DNA of 64,000 nucleotides from Bacteroidales bacterium (GCA_016290385.1 JAEETO010000001.1:18956-82955); one strand, 5' to 3'. Numbered from the stretch's first letter, positions 41,965 to 50,919 are shown. The notes: a model not told the origin generated them from the sequence alone. Numbers and translations: made by a program.

Positions 41965-41972
41965 CAAATTTA
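41965..41972 (-). promoter_or_regulatory. -7 promoter box (TAAATTTG) for the 141-aa ORF / kinase-AAA operon
   Basis: The plus strand reads CAAATTTA. 20 nt upstream of ATG 41944. Confidence 0.45.
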
Positions 41973-41985
41973 ACGATTGTTTCAC

Positions 41986-41993
41986 TATTTTTG
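41986..41993 (+). promoter_or_regulatory. -7 promoter box (TATTTTTG) for the DUF3108-like gene
   Basis: 36 nt upstream of ATG 42030. Confidence 0.4.
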
Positions 41994-42029
41994 CAAGGTA
42001 GGGACGATTATTTCGCCTCCGGACGGACC

Positions 42030-42734
42030 ATGACCATGAAACGACTTGCGACAATCCTGTTAATCCTGCTGGCAGCCAGTCTCCAGGCACAGTCTTTCTC
42101 CTTCCAGGAAGAGACCCTGGACTATTCCATCCGTCACAATTTGTTCCCGGGCACCATTGGCAGCATGACCTATCATACCCATGACGCGGGCAGCCACTGG
42201 CAGGTCGATGCCACGCTCCAGGCTGCCGTGGGCAGCATCTATACGCTGGACTGCAGCTACGGCTCCATATTCTGCAAGGACGCGGACCTGACACCTGTCT
42301 CCGCCACCCGCAGCCAGACCGAAAAGAAATACTGGGCCAAAGGACGCTATGACTGGTCGGCTCCGGGACAGGTCCACATGGACGTAACCAAGAGCTCCCG
42401 GCCACCCCGCGACGAGACTTTGTCATGGGCCGGAACGGTGCGCGACCTGCTGGGCATGATCTGGTGGCTCCGCACGCTCGACTACGACCAGCCGGGGCTG
42501 AATCCCGGTCCGAACGCCCTGCTGCTCGACCATGACGCCCTGCCGGTGTCCATCTCTTCCTGCCAGAAGAAAACCATCAAGTTCAACGGCCTGCAAGTTC
42601 CCGTCATCGAGGTCATCGTGGCCCAGGACGGCAAGGAGGCCCTGCGCCTGACCCTCACCGACGACGCTCTCCGCAAACCCTTGCGCTTCTCCATCGGCCT
42701 GTCGTTCGGCACGATCAAAGGGACGTTGAAGTAA
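42030..42734 (+). CDS. Secreted DUF3108-like protein
   Basis: Signal peptide MKRLATILLILLAASLQAQS (ATG 42030 or 42036). Beta-rich. The DUF3108 call is from memory of the family pattern only. Confidence 0.45.
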   Translation: MTMKRLATILLILLAASLQAQSFSFQEETLDYSIRHNLFPGTIGSMTYHTHDAGSHWQVDATLQAAVGSIYTLDCSYGSIFCKDADLTPVSATRSQTEKKYWAKGRYDWSAPGQVHMDVTKSSRPPRDETLSWAGTVRDLLGMIWWLRTLDYDQPGLNPGPNALLLDHDALPVSISSCQKKTIKFNGLQVPVIEVIVAQDGKEALRLTLTDDALRKPLRFSIGLSFGTIKGTLK

Positions 42735-42749
42735 CGTATCGAAGTATCC

Positions 42750-44273
42750 ATGCCCCTCTCCCCCATCATCCGTATTCCGTTTAACATCCGCGCCCAGAAG
42801 CTGGAGCGGGATGTGCAGCAGGGGGAGGTGCAGCAGAGGGAGGTGCTGGCGCGACTGGTGCGGACGGCACGGGACACTGAGTTTGGAAAGGCGCATGGCT
42901 TTGCCGGCATCCACGACTACGAGGCATTCGCCCGGTTGGTGCCGGTCAACAGCTACGAGGACCTGAAGGAGGCCATCGACCGCATGCGGCACGGGGAGCG
43001 CGACCTGCTCTGGCCGGGACGCGTGAAATGGTTTGCCAAGTCGTCGGGCACGACCAACGACAAGTCTAAATTCATCCCTGTCAGTGACGCCGGACTGCAC
43101 GACACCCATTACCGGGGAGGCTTCGACACCGTGGCCTTCTATGTGAAAAACAACCCGAAGACCCGCATGTTCGACGGGAAAGGTCTCATCCTGGGTGGCA
43201 GCCACGCCCCGAACTATAATGTAGCCGGATCGATCGTGGGCGACCTGAGCGCCATCCTGATCGAAAACATCAACCCGCTCGTCAACCGGCTCCGCGTGCC
43301 GGCAAAGGAGACGGCGCTGCTTTCCGATTTCGAGACCAAGCGCGATCGCATTGCCCGCGAGACCCTGCACCAGAACGTTACCAACTTCAGCGGCGTGCCT
43401 TCCTGGATGCTCTCGGTGCTGCACCGGGTGCTCGAACTCGCCGGCAAGGACAAACTCGACGACGTGTGGCCCAACCTGGAAGTTTTCATGCACGGCGGCG
43501 TGGCATTCACGCCCTACCGCAAGCAATACGAGCACATCATCACCCTGCCGGACATGCACTACATGGAAACCTACAACGCCAGCGAAGGCTTCTTCGGCAT
43601 CCAGGACGACCCGAACGACCCGGCCCTGCGCCTGATGACGGACTACGGGGTGTTCTATGAGTTCATCCCGATGGACGAATTCGGTCGGGAAAACCCGACG
43701 GTCGTGCCGGTCGGGGGCGTGGAGACCGGACGCAACTACGCCATGGTGATCTCCACCAGCTGCGGCCTGTGGCGCTACCTGATCGGCGACACCGTTCGTT
43801 TTACCTCAACCCGACCCTACAAATTCGTCATTACCGGCCGCACCCGGCACTTCATCAATGCTTTTGGTGAAGAACTCATCGTCGACAATGCAGAAAAGGG
43901 CCTCGCCTGGGCATGCCGGGAGACCGACGCCAGCGTTCTGGAATACACGGCCGCCCCCGTTTTCATGGATGGGAAAGCCCGCTGCCGCCACCAGTGGCTG
44001 ATCGAATTCTCCCGTCCACCCGCCGACCCGGCCCGCTTCGCCAGCCTGCTCGACCACAAATTGCAGGAAATCAACAGCGACTACGAAGCCAAGCGCTTCA
44101 AGGACATCACGCTCCAGGAGCTCGAACTGGTGCAGGCCAGGCCTGGGCTTTTCCACGAATGGATGAAGCAGCGCGGCAAGCTTGGCGGACAGAACAAAGT
44201 CCCGCGCCTGAGCAACAACCGCGATTACATCGAACCGCTGCTGGCTCTCAACAGTACCTCTAAAGGAATTTAA
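42750..44273 (+). CDS. GH3-family (acyl-acid amido synthetase-like, adenylate-forming) protein, copy 1
   Basis: FAKSSGTTNDKSKFIPV adenylation motif, YNASEGFFG and YEFIP blocks, as in GH3 auxin-responsive-promoter family proteins. Confidence 0.75.
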   Translation: MPLSPIIRIPFNIRAQKLERDVQQGEVQQREVLARLVRTARDTEFGKAHGFAGIHDYEAFARLVPVNSYEDLKEAIDRMRHGERDLLWPGRVKWFAKSSGTTNDKSKFIPVSDAGLHDTHYRGGFDTVAFYVKNNPKTRMFDGKGLILGGSHAPNYNVAGSIVGDLSAILIENINPLVNRLRVPAKETALLSDFETKRDRIARETLHQNVTNFSGVPSWMLSVLHRVLELAGKDKLDDVWPNLEVFMHGGVAFTPYRKQYEHIITLPDMHYMETYNASEGFFGIQDDPNDPALRLMTDYGVFYEFIPMDEFGRENPTVVPVGGVETGRNYAMVISTSCGLWRYLIGDTVRFTSTRPYKFVITGRTRHFINAFGEELIVDNAEKGLAWACRETDASVLEYTAAPVFMDGKARCRHQWLIEFSRPPADPARFASLLDHKLQEINSDYEAKRFKDITLQELELVQARPGLFHEWMKQRGKLGGQNKVPRLSNNRDYIEPLLALNSTSKGI

Positions 44274-44943
44274 CGAAACCCCGGACGATAAAAAAAGCGC
44301 CGAATACGACCAGGCCGATGCCGATCGCCCGATTCAATAATTGCAGACGCCGGGGATTGAAGAAACGCTGAAGGGAGGTGGCCGCCTTGGCCTTGAGAAG
44401 ATCGCAGCCAAAACTCGTGGCCAGGGTGATGGCGAAAAAGAGCAAGGTCTGGGCCTTGTTCCCTTCGAAATTTCCGGAAGCAACGGCCACGGCACTCAGC
44501 CAGAACAACAGTACAAAAGGATTCAGGATATTGAGAAAGAAGCCCTTGCCAAAAAACACGAACCAGCTCGGCGCTTTTTCGGGATTGGGCAGCTTACCGC
44601 CAGACTCCTCCATGGCCTTCATGCGATCCAACATCTGCTTGTAGGCATCGTCCCCACCCCGTTTGAAATAGGTATACAACCCGAAAAGGATCAGAATGAT
44701 GCCGGCACCGATGCTGAACAGGAACATTTCCCGGTCGTTTTCGGCCACCAGCCGGATGGATGTCAGCACGCAGAGCGACACGATCATCATGTCGCAGAAC
44801 AGGACACCGAGCGCCAGCCAGGCCGCGCAGCGGAAGCCCCGGTCGATACTGGTCTGCAGGAGGGTAAAAAAAGCCGGACCGAATCCGAAGACCAGCGCCA
44901 GCGTCAGGCCGAAGACGACCGCATCGAAAAACAACTTGCCCAT
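44260..44943 (-). CDS. LysE/RhtB-type amino-acid exporter
   Basis: Six-helix protein with the N-terminal block FGLTLALVFGFGPAFFTLLQTSI. ATG 44943 overlaps the TGA of the upstream GH3 gene (TGATG). Confidence 0.65.
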   Translation of the reverse strand: MGKLFFDAVVFGLTLALVFGFGPAFFTLLQTSIDRGFRCAAWLALGVLFCDMMIVSLCVLTSIRLVAENDREMFLFSIGAGIILILFGLYTYFKRGGDDAYKQMLDRMKAMEESGGKLPNPEKAPSWFVFFGKGFFLNILNPFVLLFWLSAVAVASGNFEGNKAQTLLFFAITLATSFGCDLLKAKAATSLQRFFNPRRLQLLNRAIGIGLVVFGAFFIVRGFVKFL

Positions 44944-46493
44944 CACTTCAGAGACGCTATATAGTCCTTCCAAAGAGCGTATCGTTGTCCCTTGAGCACA
45001 CGCGGAAACTTGGTAGCCCCACCCCACTTGCCAATCTTCTCTTCCATGAATTTGTAGAACACATGCGTGGGCAGCACGTCGAGATAGAGCTCACGGATGG
45101 CCTCGGTGCGCTCCACGGCATAGTCATCGTTGAGCTGGCAGAGATAACTGTCGATCTTGCGGATGGCTTCCTGTGGATCGATGGCTTCGTCGCTGCCCAG
45201 ATACCAGTGGTGCGCGTACATCGTACCGTACTCCTCGCCTGCCACGGTGAATTCCGTGATATTCACGCCGAGCTCTTCGGAGAGCATTTCCACCGCCCGG
45301 GTGATGTTGTCCTGCGAGAGATGTTCGCCGGTGATGCTCAGGAACTGTTTGGTGCGGCCTGTGATGACAATGTCACAGGTTTCCTTGTCCAGAAAACGGA
45401 TGGTATCGCCAATCAGGTAGCGCCAGGTGCCCGCACAGGTGGAAAGCAGCAGGGCATAATCGACACCCTCCCGGACTTCCGACAGGGTCAGGGTCTCGGG
45501 CTGGGCCACAATATCTCCGTTGTCGTTGAAATTCATCTCGTTGAAAGGCACGAATTCGAAGTAGATGCCGTTGTCGACCAGTAGCTGCATCACGCGTCGC
45601 TTGAGGTCGACCTGGTAAGCGATGTAGCCTTCGGATGCCAGGTAGCTTTCCACAAAGATGACCTCTTTCCCGAAAATGCGTTCGAAACTCTTCTCATAGG
45701 GAGCGAAGGCCACGCCGCTATGGACATATACCCGCAGGTTCGGCCACAGGTCGTGGATAGTATTGAGGTGGTATTCCTTGATGATGCGCTCCAGCAGGAT
45801 CTGGACCCAGGCAGGCACACCAACCACAACGCCGATATCCCATTTCGGGGCAGCCTTGACCATCTCGTCAAGTTTCTCCGACCAGTCCTTGATCTTGGAA
45901 ATCCGCTGGCCCGGCTTGTAAAAGAACTCGAACCACTTAGGGATGCGGCTGGCCGAGATGCCCGAAAGGTCGCCCGCATAGTAACCGCCGGCCCGGCTGT
46001 ACGACAGCTCCGTGCTGCCGCCGATCATCAGGACGCCCTTATTGTAGAACTCGGCCGGGAAGTCATAGCGTACGGCAGAAACCAGTTGCCGGATGCTCGC
46101 TTTCGTGATGGAGGCGTTCAGCGCCCGGGTGATGGGGATGTACTTGCTGGAAGCCTCGGACGTGCCGCTGCTCAGGGCAAAGTACTTGACCCGCCCCGGC
46201 CAGCTGACGTTGTGCTCCCCGTTGAGTGAACGGTACCACCACTGGTCGTGCATCTTGTTGTAATCAAAGACAGGCACCCTACGGCGGAAAGACTCCACCA
46301 TGTTGCCGGAACGCAGGATCTCGGAAAAATGGTAGGTCCGGCCGAATTCGGTATCCTTGGCCTTCCGCAGCAGTTTCTTCAATTCTTTCTGCTGCGCTTT
46401 CACGGGTTTCACGCGTCGCTGTTTGCGCTCCACCGGAATGTTTTTCAATTCGGCGGCCGCCTTGATGATGGTTCCTAACAAGGGTACGGGCAT
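44943..46493 (-). CDS. GH3-family protein, copy 2
   Basis: FALSSGTSEASSKYIPI, YLASEGYIAYQ and YFEFVP blocks. ATG 46493 (MPVPLLG..., parallel to the MPLSPII... start of copy 1) preferred over TTG 46505. Confidence 0.75.
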   Translation of the reverse strand: MPVPLLGTIIKAAAELKNIPVERKQRRVKPVKAQQKELKKLLRKAKDTEFGRTYHFSEILRSGNMVESFRRRVPVFDYNKMHDQWWYRSLNGEHNVSWPGRVKYFALSSGTSEASSKYIPITRALNASITKASIRQLVSAVRYDFPAEFYNKGVLMIGGSTELSYSRAGGYYAGDLSGISASRIPKWFEFFYKPGQRISKIKDWSEKLDEMVKAAPKWDIGVVVGVPAWVQILLERIIKEYHLNTIHDLWPNLRVYVHSGVAFAPYEKSFERIFGKEVIFVESYLASEGYIAYQVDLKRRVMQLLVDNGIYFEFVPFNEMNFNDNGDIVAQPETLTLSEVREGVDYALLLSTCAGTWRYLIGDTIRFLDKETCDIVITGRTKQFLSITGEHLSQDNITRAVEMLSEELGVNITEFTVAGEEYGTMYAHHWYLGSDEAIDPQEAIRKIDSYLCQLNDDYAVERTEAIRELYLDVLPTHVFYKFMEEKIGKWGGATKFPRVLKGQRYALWKDYIASLK

Positions 46494-46513
46494 GGTCTGG
46501 TTCAATTATCGCG

Positions 46514-46521
46514 CAAAATTA
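46514..46521 (-). promoter_or_regulatory. -7 promoter box (TAATTTTG) for GH3 copy 2
   Basis: The plus strand reads CAAAATTA. 20 nt upstream of ATG 46493. Confidence 0.4.
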
Positions 46522-46543
46522 GCGATTTCTTACAAAGAATCAT

Positions 46544-46551
46544 TAATTTTG
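46544..46551 (+). promoter_or_regulatory. -7 promoter box (TAATTTTG) for the glsA-like gene
   Basis: 33 nt upstream of ATG 46585. Confidence 0.4.
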
Positions 46552-46584
46552 TATTTTTAATGCTATAGATCGATACCGCAAGTC

Positions 46585-47415
46585 ATGCCTGTCAACGAAA
46601 CCGTCATCCTCGACCTGGACGCCATCGTCCAAAGTCGTTTCGGCGATAAGAAGATTCCCAAGCCGCTCCTCCGCTGGTTCAAGAAGTTCATCCACCAGGA
46701 TCACATGAACGGCTACCTGAAGCAGGGATGGCTTGGCGTTGAGTTCGCCGAACAGGCACTAGTCTACTACGATGTCCACCTCACCGTGAAAGGCCTGGAT
46801 GAAATCCCCGTCGACGGCCGCTACACCTTCGCCGGCAACCACCCGCTGGGAGGCATCGACGCCCTGAGCGTGATTGGGCAGGTGGGCCGCAAGTTCGACG
46901 GCAAGATCGTGATCCCGGCCAACGACCTGCTGATGGCCATCAAGCCCATCGCGGAGTACACCGTACCCGTCAACAAGTTCGGCGGCCAGAGTGCCGACCT
47001 GGTCGGAAAGATCAACGACGCCTTCAATTCCGACCGCCAGGTCATCATCTTTCCGGCCGGCTTGTGCTCCCGCAAAATCGACGGCGTGGTGCAGGACCTC
47101 CCCTGGAAGAAAACCTTCATCACCAAAAGCCGGATGTCACAACGCGACATCGTACCCGTCTGGTTCAGCGGCGAGAACTCCCGTCGCTTCTATCGCATCG
47201 ACCAATTGCGGAACCTGCTCAAACTCAAACTGAACATCGCCATGCTTACGCTTCCCGACGAGTTGTACAAGACCCAGCACAAATCCTACACACTGGTCTT
47301 CGGAAAACCCATTCCCTGGCAGACCTTCACTTCCGACAAACGCGACACGGAATGGGCCGCCTGGGTCCGGGAAAAAGTCTATGAGCTGAAAAACAAGGAA
47401 TCGCATGAAAGCTAA
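46585..47415 (+). CDS. Lysophospholipid/1-acyl-glycerol-3-phosphate acyltransferase-family O-acyltransferase (GlsA-like)
   Basis: PlsC-type motif FAGNHPLGGIDAL and IFPAG. Sits beside the N-acyltransferase gene, as in the Bacteroides glycine-lipid locus. Confidence 0.7.
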   Translation: MPVNETVILDLDAIVQSRFGDKKIPKPLLRWFKKFIHQDHMNGYLKQGWLGVEFAEQALVYYDVHLTVKGLDEIPVDGRYTFAGNHPLGGIDALSVIGQVGRKFDGKIVIPANDLLMAIKPIAEYTVPVNKFGGQSADLVGKINDAFNSDRQVIIFPAGLCSRKIDGVVQDLPWKKTFITKSRMSQRDIVPVWFSGENSRRFYRIDQLRNLLKLKLNIAMLTLPDELYKTQHKSYTLVFGKPIPWQTFTSDKRDTEWAAWVREKVYELKNKESHES

Positions 47416-48397
47416 AACCATCATCGCTCCCGTCGACAAGGAGCTGCTCAAACAGGAACTCACCGACAAACATTTCCTGCGCGACACCAACCACGCAGGA
47501 AACAAACTCTATATCGTTGACAACCAATGTGCGCCGAATGTGCTTCGAGAAATCGGCCGCCTGCGGGAAATAGCGTTTCGTGAAGGAGGCGGCGGAACAG
47601 GCAAGGAAGTTGACCTCGACGCCTTCGACCTTGACCCGGCCTTCAAATACAAACAGCTCGTGCTCTGGGATCCGGATGCCGAATGCATCATCGGCGGTTA
47701 CCGCTATGTCCTTTGTGACGAAGTGATGTACGACCGCTTCGGCCAGCCCATCATGCCGTCTGCCCATCTGTTCCGCTTCACCCAGCACTTCCTGCATAAT
47801 GGTTTCCTGCGCACCATCGAGCTCAGCCGTTCGTTCATCCGGCCGGAATATCAGAGCTCGGAGCGGGGCATGAAGAGCCTCTACGCCCTTGACAATCTCT
47901 TCGACGGTCTGGGCGGCCTGATCGTACTCTATAAGGGACGTATGGACTATTTCTTTGGTAAAATGACGATCTACCCGTCATTCCCCGAAAGAGGCCTGGG
48001 CCTGCTGCTCTTCTTCCTGCGCAAGCATTTCGGATCCTGGGAGGCCGAATTGCAGGAGCGCTTTGACCGCATGGTTATCCCGAAGAAACCCGTAAAAATC
48101 AGAATGTCAAAGGAATACAGCGAAATCCTCACCGAAGAAGACTTCGCTGCCGACTACAAGATTCTCAAACGGGAAATCCAGCAGATGGGCGTCAACATCC
48201 CTCCGCTGGTCAATACATACATGAATATGTCGCCGACGATGAAGTCGTTCGGCGCTGGCATCAACGACGAATTCGGTGATGTCATCGAGGCGGGCATCCT
48301 CATCAAGTTCGACGAGATGCACCCGGACAAGGCGCGGCGCCACCTCAATTTTCCGGCACTGGACCGCTACCGGATGCGGTTCCTGCGGAGCAAATAG
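47405..48397 (+). CDS. GNAT-type amino-acid N-acyltransferase (GlsB/OlsB-like, hemolysin-like)
   Basis: EIGRLREIAFREGGGGTGKEVDLDAFD...LVLWDPD block typical of the OlsB/GlsB family. 11-nt overlap with the previous gene. Confidence 0.7.
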   Translation: MKAKTIIAPVDKELLKQELTDKHFLRDTNHAGNKLYIVDNQCAPNVLREIGRLREIAFREGGGGTGKEVDLDAFDLDPAFKYKQLVLWDPDAECIIGGYRYVLCDEVMYDRFGQPIMPSAHLFRFTQHFLHNGFLRTIELSRSFIRPEYQSSERGMKSLYALDNLFDGLGGLIVLYKGRMDYFFGKMTIYPSFPERGLGLLLFFLRKHFGSWEAELQERFDRMVIPKKPVKIRMSKEYSEILTEEDFAADYKILKREIQQMGVNIPPLVNTYMNMSPTMKSFGAGINDEFGDVIEAGILIKFDEMHPDKARRHLNFPALDRYRMRFLRSK

Positions 48398-48406
48398 AAA
48401 GACCGG

Positions 48407-48832
48407 TCAGGCTTTCATCCTCTTCGCTTCGGCCAGCTGCAGATGCGTCACTACGCAGGTCAGCAGTTTCTCCATGATGATGGGCTTCATGATGAAATCG
48501 TTGGCACCCACATCGAAGCCCTTGATAATGTCTTCGTTGGATGTCAAGGCCGACAGGATGACGATCTGGATGTCGGCCGTCTCGGGATTGGCACGCAGGC
48601 GACGGATGACTTCGAACCCATCGATGCCGGGCATCATCAGGTCGAGCAGGATCAGATCGGGCTTTTCCTGGGCAACGGCGTCGAGCGCCAGCTGTCCGTT
48701 GGTGGCTTTCCGGAATTTGAAATTGAAACGGGAAAGCATCTTCTCGACAAGCAGCAGGTTCAGCGGGATGTCATCGACCGCCAGAACGGAAAACTTGGAG
48801 AAATCGTGGTCTTGTGCGTATATCGGGGTCAT
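48407..48832 (-). CDS. Receiver-only response regulator
   Basis: VLAVDD...LILLDLMMPGIDG...ILSA...KP receiver motifs. No output domain. ATG 48832. Confidence 0.8.
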   Translation of the reverse strand: MTPIYAQDHDFSKFSVLAVDDIPLNLLLVEKMLSRFNFKFRKATNGQLALDAVAQEKPDLILLDLMMPGIDGFEVIRRLRANPETADIQIVILSALTSNEDIIKGFDVGANDFIMKPIIMEKLLTCVVTHLQLAEAKRMKA

Positions 48833-48842
48833 ACTAAATAGG

Positions 48843-50834
48843 TTATTGTCTGAATTGGGGAGAAAGGGGAATATCGGAAACTGCGCCTTCGGGCGGATTG
48901 ACAGGTACGATGAACACGAAGCGGGCACCGCCGTCCGTATAGGTCGTATCCAGGAAGATGCGGGCGCCCATCCGGTTGGCGATGTCGCGGCAGATACTCA
49001 GGCCCAGGCCGGTACCCTGCACGAAACCGTTCAGCTTGACAAAACGCTCGAAAATGACTTCGGCCTGCTCCGGAGGTACGCCGGTACCGGTATCGGTACA
49101 TGTGAACGTCACGAAGCCCGGGTTTGCCGTCGTGGAACTGGCCAGGCGGATTTCACCCTGGGTGGTATGCTTGCAAGCATTGGTCAGCATGTTGATGAGG
49201 ATCTGCTGCACACGGCGCGGATCGGTACGAAAGTAGAAAGGTTCTTCATTTTCCGGATCGTAGAACATCTGGACGCCCGGCTGGAGACGGTGCTCCGAAC
49301 TGCTGATGGCGGCGCGGCACATATAATGACACTCCCCTTCTTCGTACACGATCTTGTATTCTTTGTGATCGAGCGCAGAAGCGTTGAGGATGTCGTCGAG
49401 CAGCATGGTCAGCATCTGGGCGTTATTGACGATATGGCTGCTGAACGATTCTTTCTCCTCCAGCGGGAAGGAGCCGTCGGGCAGTGAAAGCAGCTGTGAG
49501 AAGCCGACAATGGCATTGAGCGGCGTACGGACCTCGTGACTCATGTTCTGGACAAACTGGGTCTTGGCTTCATCGGCAGCGATGGCATGCTCGTTGGCCG
49601 CTTTCAACTCTGCGATACGCTCGGCGTCGCGGGCCCGGTTCCGGCGGTAGGATCGGATCGACATCAGGAGGAATGTGATGACGATCAGCATCGTGGCAAT
49701 TGCCAGGATGAAGACCAGGCGGCTGATCTGCGTCACCTGCGAAGACTTCTCCCGGAGGTTGGCCGCCAACGACATGTTGCCGATGCGGGCTTCCACCTCT
49801 GCCAGGCGCGAGCGGTTGTTGGTGGAGACCTGGTCCTCCAGCTCGTCTACCAGCTGCCGGTACAGATGCAGTGCGTAACCCCGGTATCCGTGCTGCTGGA
49901 GAAGCATCGCGATGAATTTCCATTCACGCAGGAGCGTCAGGTCCTGGATGTCGTTCAGGTGACGGCCGATCGTCCCGTCGAAGACGGCATCGATCACATC
50001 GAAGAACAGGCGTCCCGAAGGCGTGACGGTGGGTAGCGAAGGACTGCTGATGCAATAGTCCCGCGACGCCTCATAGGCCCCCATGTCCTGGTCGAGCGCT
50101 GCTTGTTTGGCCAGGTAATATTCGCAGCGCAAGGTGTCGAGGAATGTCTTCCGGTTTTCGACAGCCCGCTGGATGCACAGCCGAGCCGAATCAGAACCGA
50201 TGGGATAATAGTCAGACAGATCACACCACAGGCGGGTGGGAGACTGCCGGAGAATCAGGGAATCCGAGGTCGTCTCGTAAGTCTCGATGGCCCGGTCGAT
50301 GAAACGCTTGGCCGAAACATAGTCGTTCTGGTCCACATAGAGTTTCACCATATAGCGGTCAGCCATCCATTTTCCGTATTCGTCATCGTGCTCCAGGGCG
50401 AAGTCCTGCATCTGCTGGATGAGTTCCATAGCCTTGAGCATGCGCCCGGTATTGAAATAATAGTTCTGGGTGAGCTCGTACCCGTAATAGAAATATTGCA
50501 TGTGCCCGAGCCGCAACGCAGCTTCCTTCAGGTCGCGGAAAGCAGCGTTCACGGCAGCATCCTGCGAACCGTCCATGGGGACTACCCGCACGATATCGCG
50601 CAGTTTCTCCACATAGAAAAGGGTCTGCGCCTTGGTGTCCCCGTTCTGGAGAGCCAGACGCAGCAGGGTGTCATTCACGGCCTTGAATCCTTCTTTTCCG
50701 GCAAGTTCTTCAGCCTTCAGGAAATAAGGGTAGCACTCATCGTTGAGCTGATAAGGATTGTTCTGCGCAACTGCCTGAACGGCGAGCAGCACCGAAAACA
50801 CAAACAAAAACGCCCTTATCTTGATATTTGCCAT
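48843..50834 (-). CDS. Sensor histidine kinase with periplasmic TPR-like domain
   Basis: Signal peptide, TPR-like repeats, TM helix, HisKA (SHEVRTPLN), HATPase (DTGTGV, GTGLGLSICR). ATG 50834. Confidence 0.85.
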   Translation of the reverse strand: MANIKIRAFLFVFSVLLAVQAVAQNNPYQLNDECYPYFLKAEELAGKEGFKAVNDTLLRLALQNGDTKAQTLFYVEKLRDIVRVVPMDGSQDAAVNAAFRDLKEAALRLGHMQYFYYGYELTQNYYFNTGRMLKAMELIQQMQDFALEHDDEYGKWMADRYMVKLYVDQNDYVSAKRFIDRAIETYETTSDSLILRQSPTRLWCDLSDYYPIGSDSARLCIQRAVENRKTFLDTLRCEYYLAKQAALDQDMGAYEASRDYCISSPSLPTVTPSGRLFFDVIDAVFDGTIGRHLNDIQDLTLLREWKFIAMLLQQHGYRGYALHLYRQLVDELEDQVSTNNRSRLAEVEARIGNMSLAANLREKSSQVTQISRLVFILAIATMLIVITFLLMSIRSYRRNRARDAERIAELKAANEHAIAADEAKTQFVQNMSHEVRTPLNAIVGFSQLLSLPDGSFPLEEKESFSSHIVNNAQMLTMLLDDILNASALDHKEYKIVYEEGECHYMCRAAISSSEHRLQPGVQMFYDPENEEPFYFRTDPRRVQQILINMLTNACKHTTQGEIRLASSTTANPGFVTFTCTDTGTGVPPEQAEVIFERFVKLNGFVQGTGLGLSICRDIANRMGARIFLDTTYTDGGARFVFIVPVNPPEGAVSDIPLSPQFRQ

Positions 50835-50840
50835 CTTTGG

Positions 50841-50848
50841 CAAATATA
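50841..50848 (-). promoter_or_regulatory. -7 promoter box (TATATTTG) for the sensor kinase
   Basis: The plus strand reads CAAATATA. 6 nt upstream of ATG 50834, which predicts a near-leaderless transcript. Confidence 0.45.
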
Positions 50849-50891
50849 ACAAAAATAAATGGATAATGACAGGATGAAATGGAACAACGAC

Positions 50892-50919
50892 AAAAAAGGC
50901 CTGACTGGAAAGTCAAGCC
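50892..50919 (-). terminator. Rho-independent terminator after the DUF2795-like gene
   Basis: On the minus strand: GGCTTGACT-TTCC-AGTCAGGCC (one mismatch) followed by TTTTTT. Confidence 0.55.
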
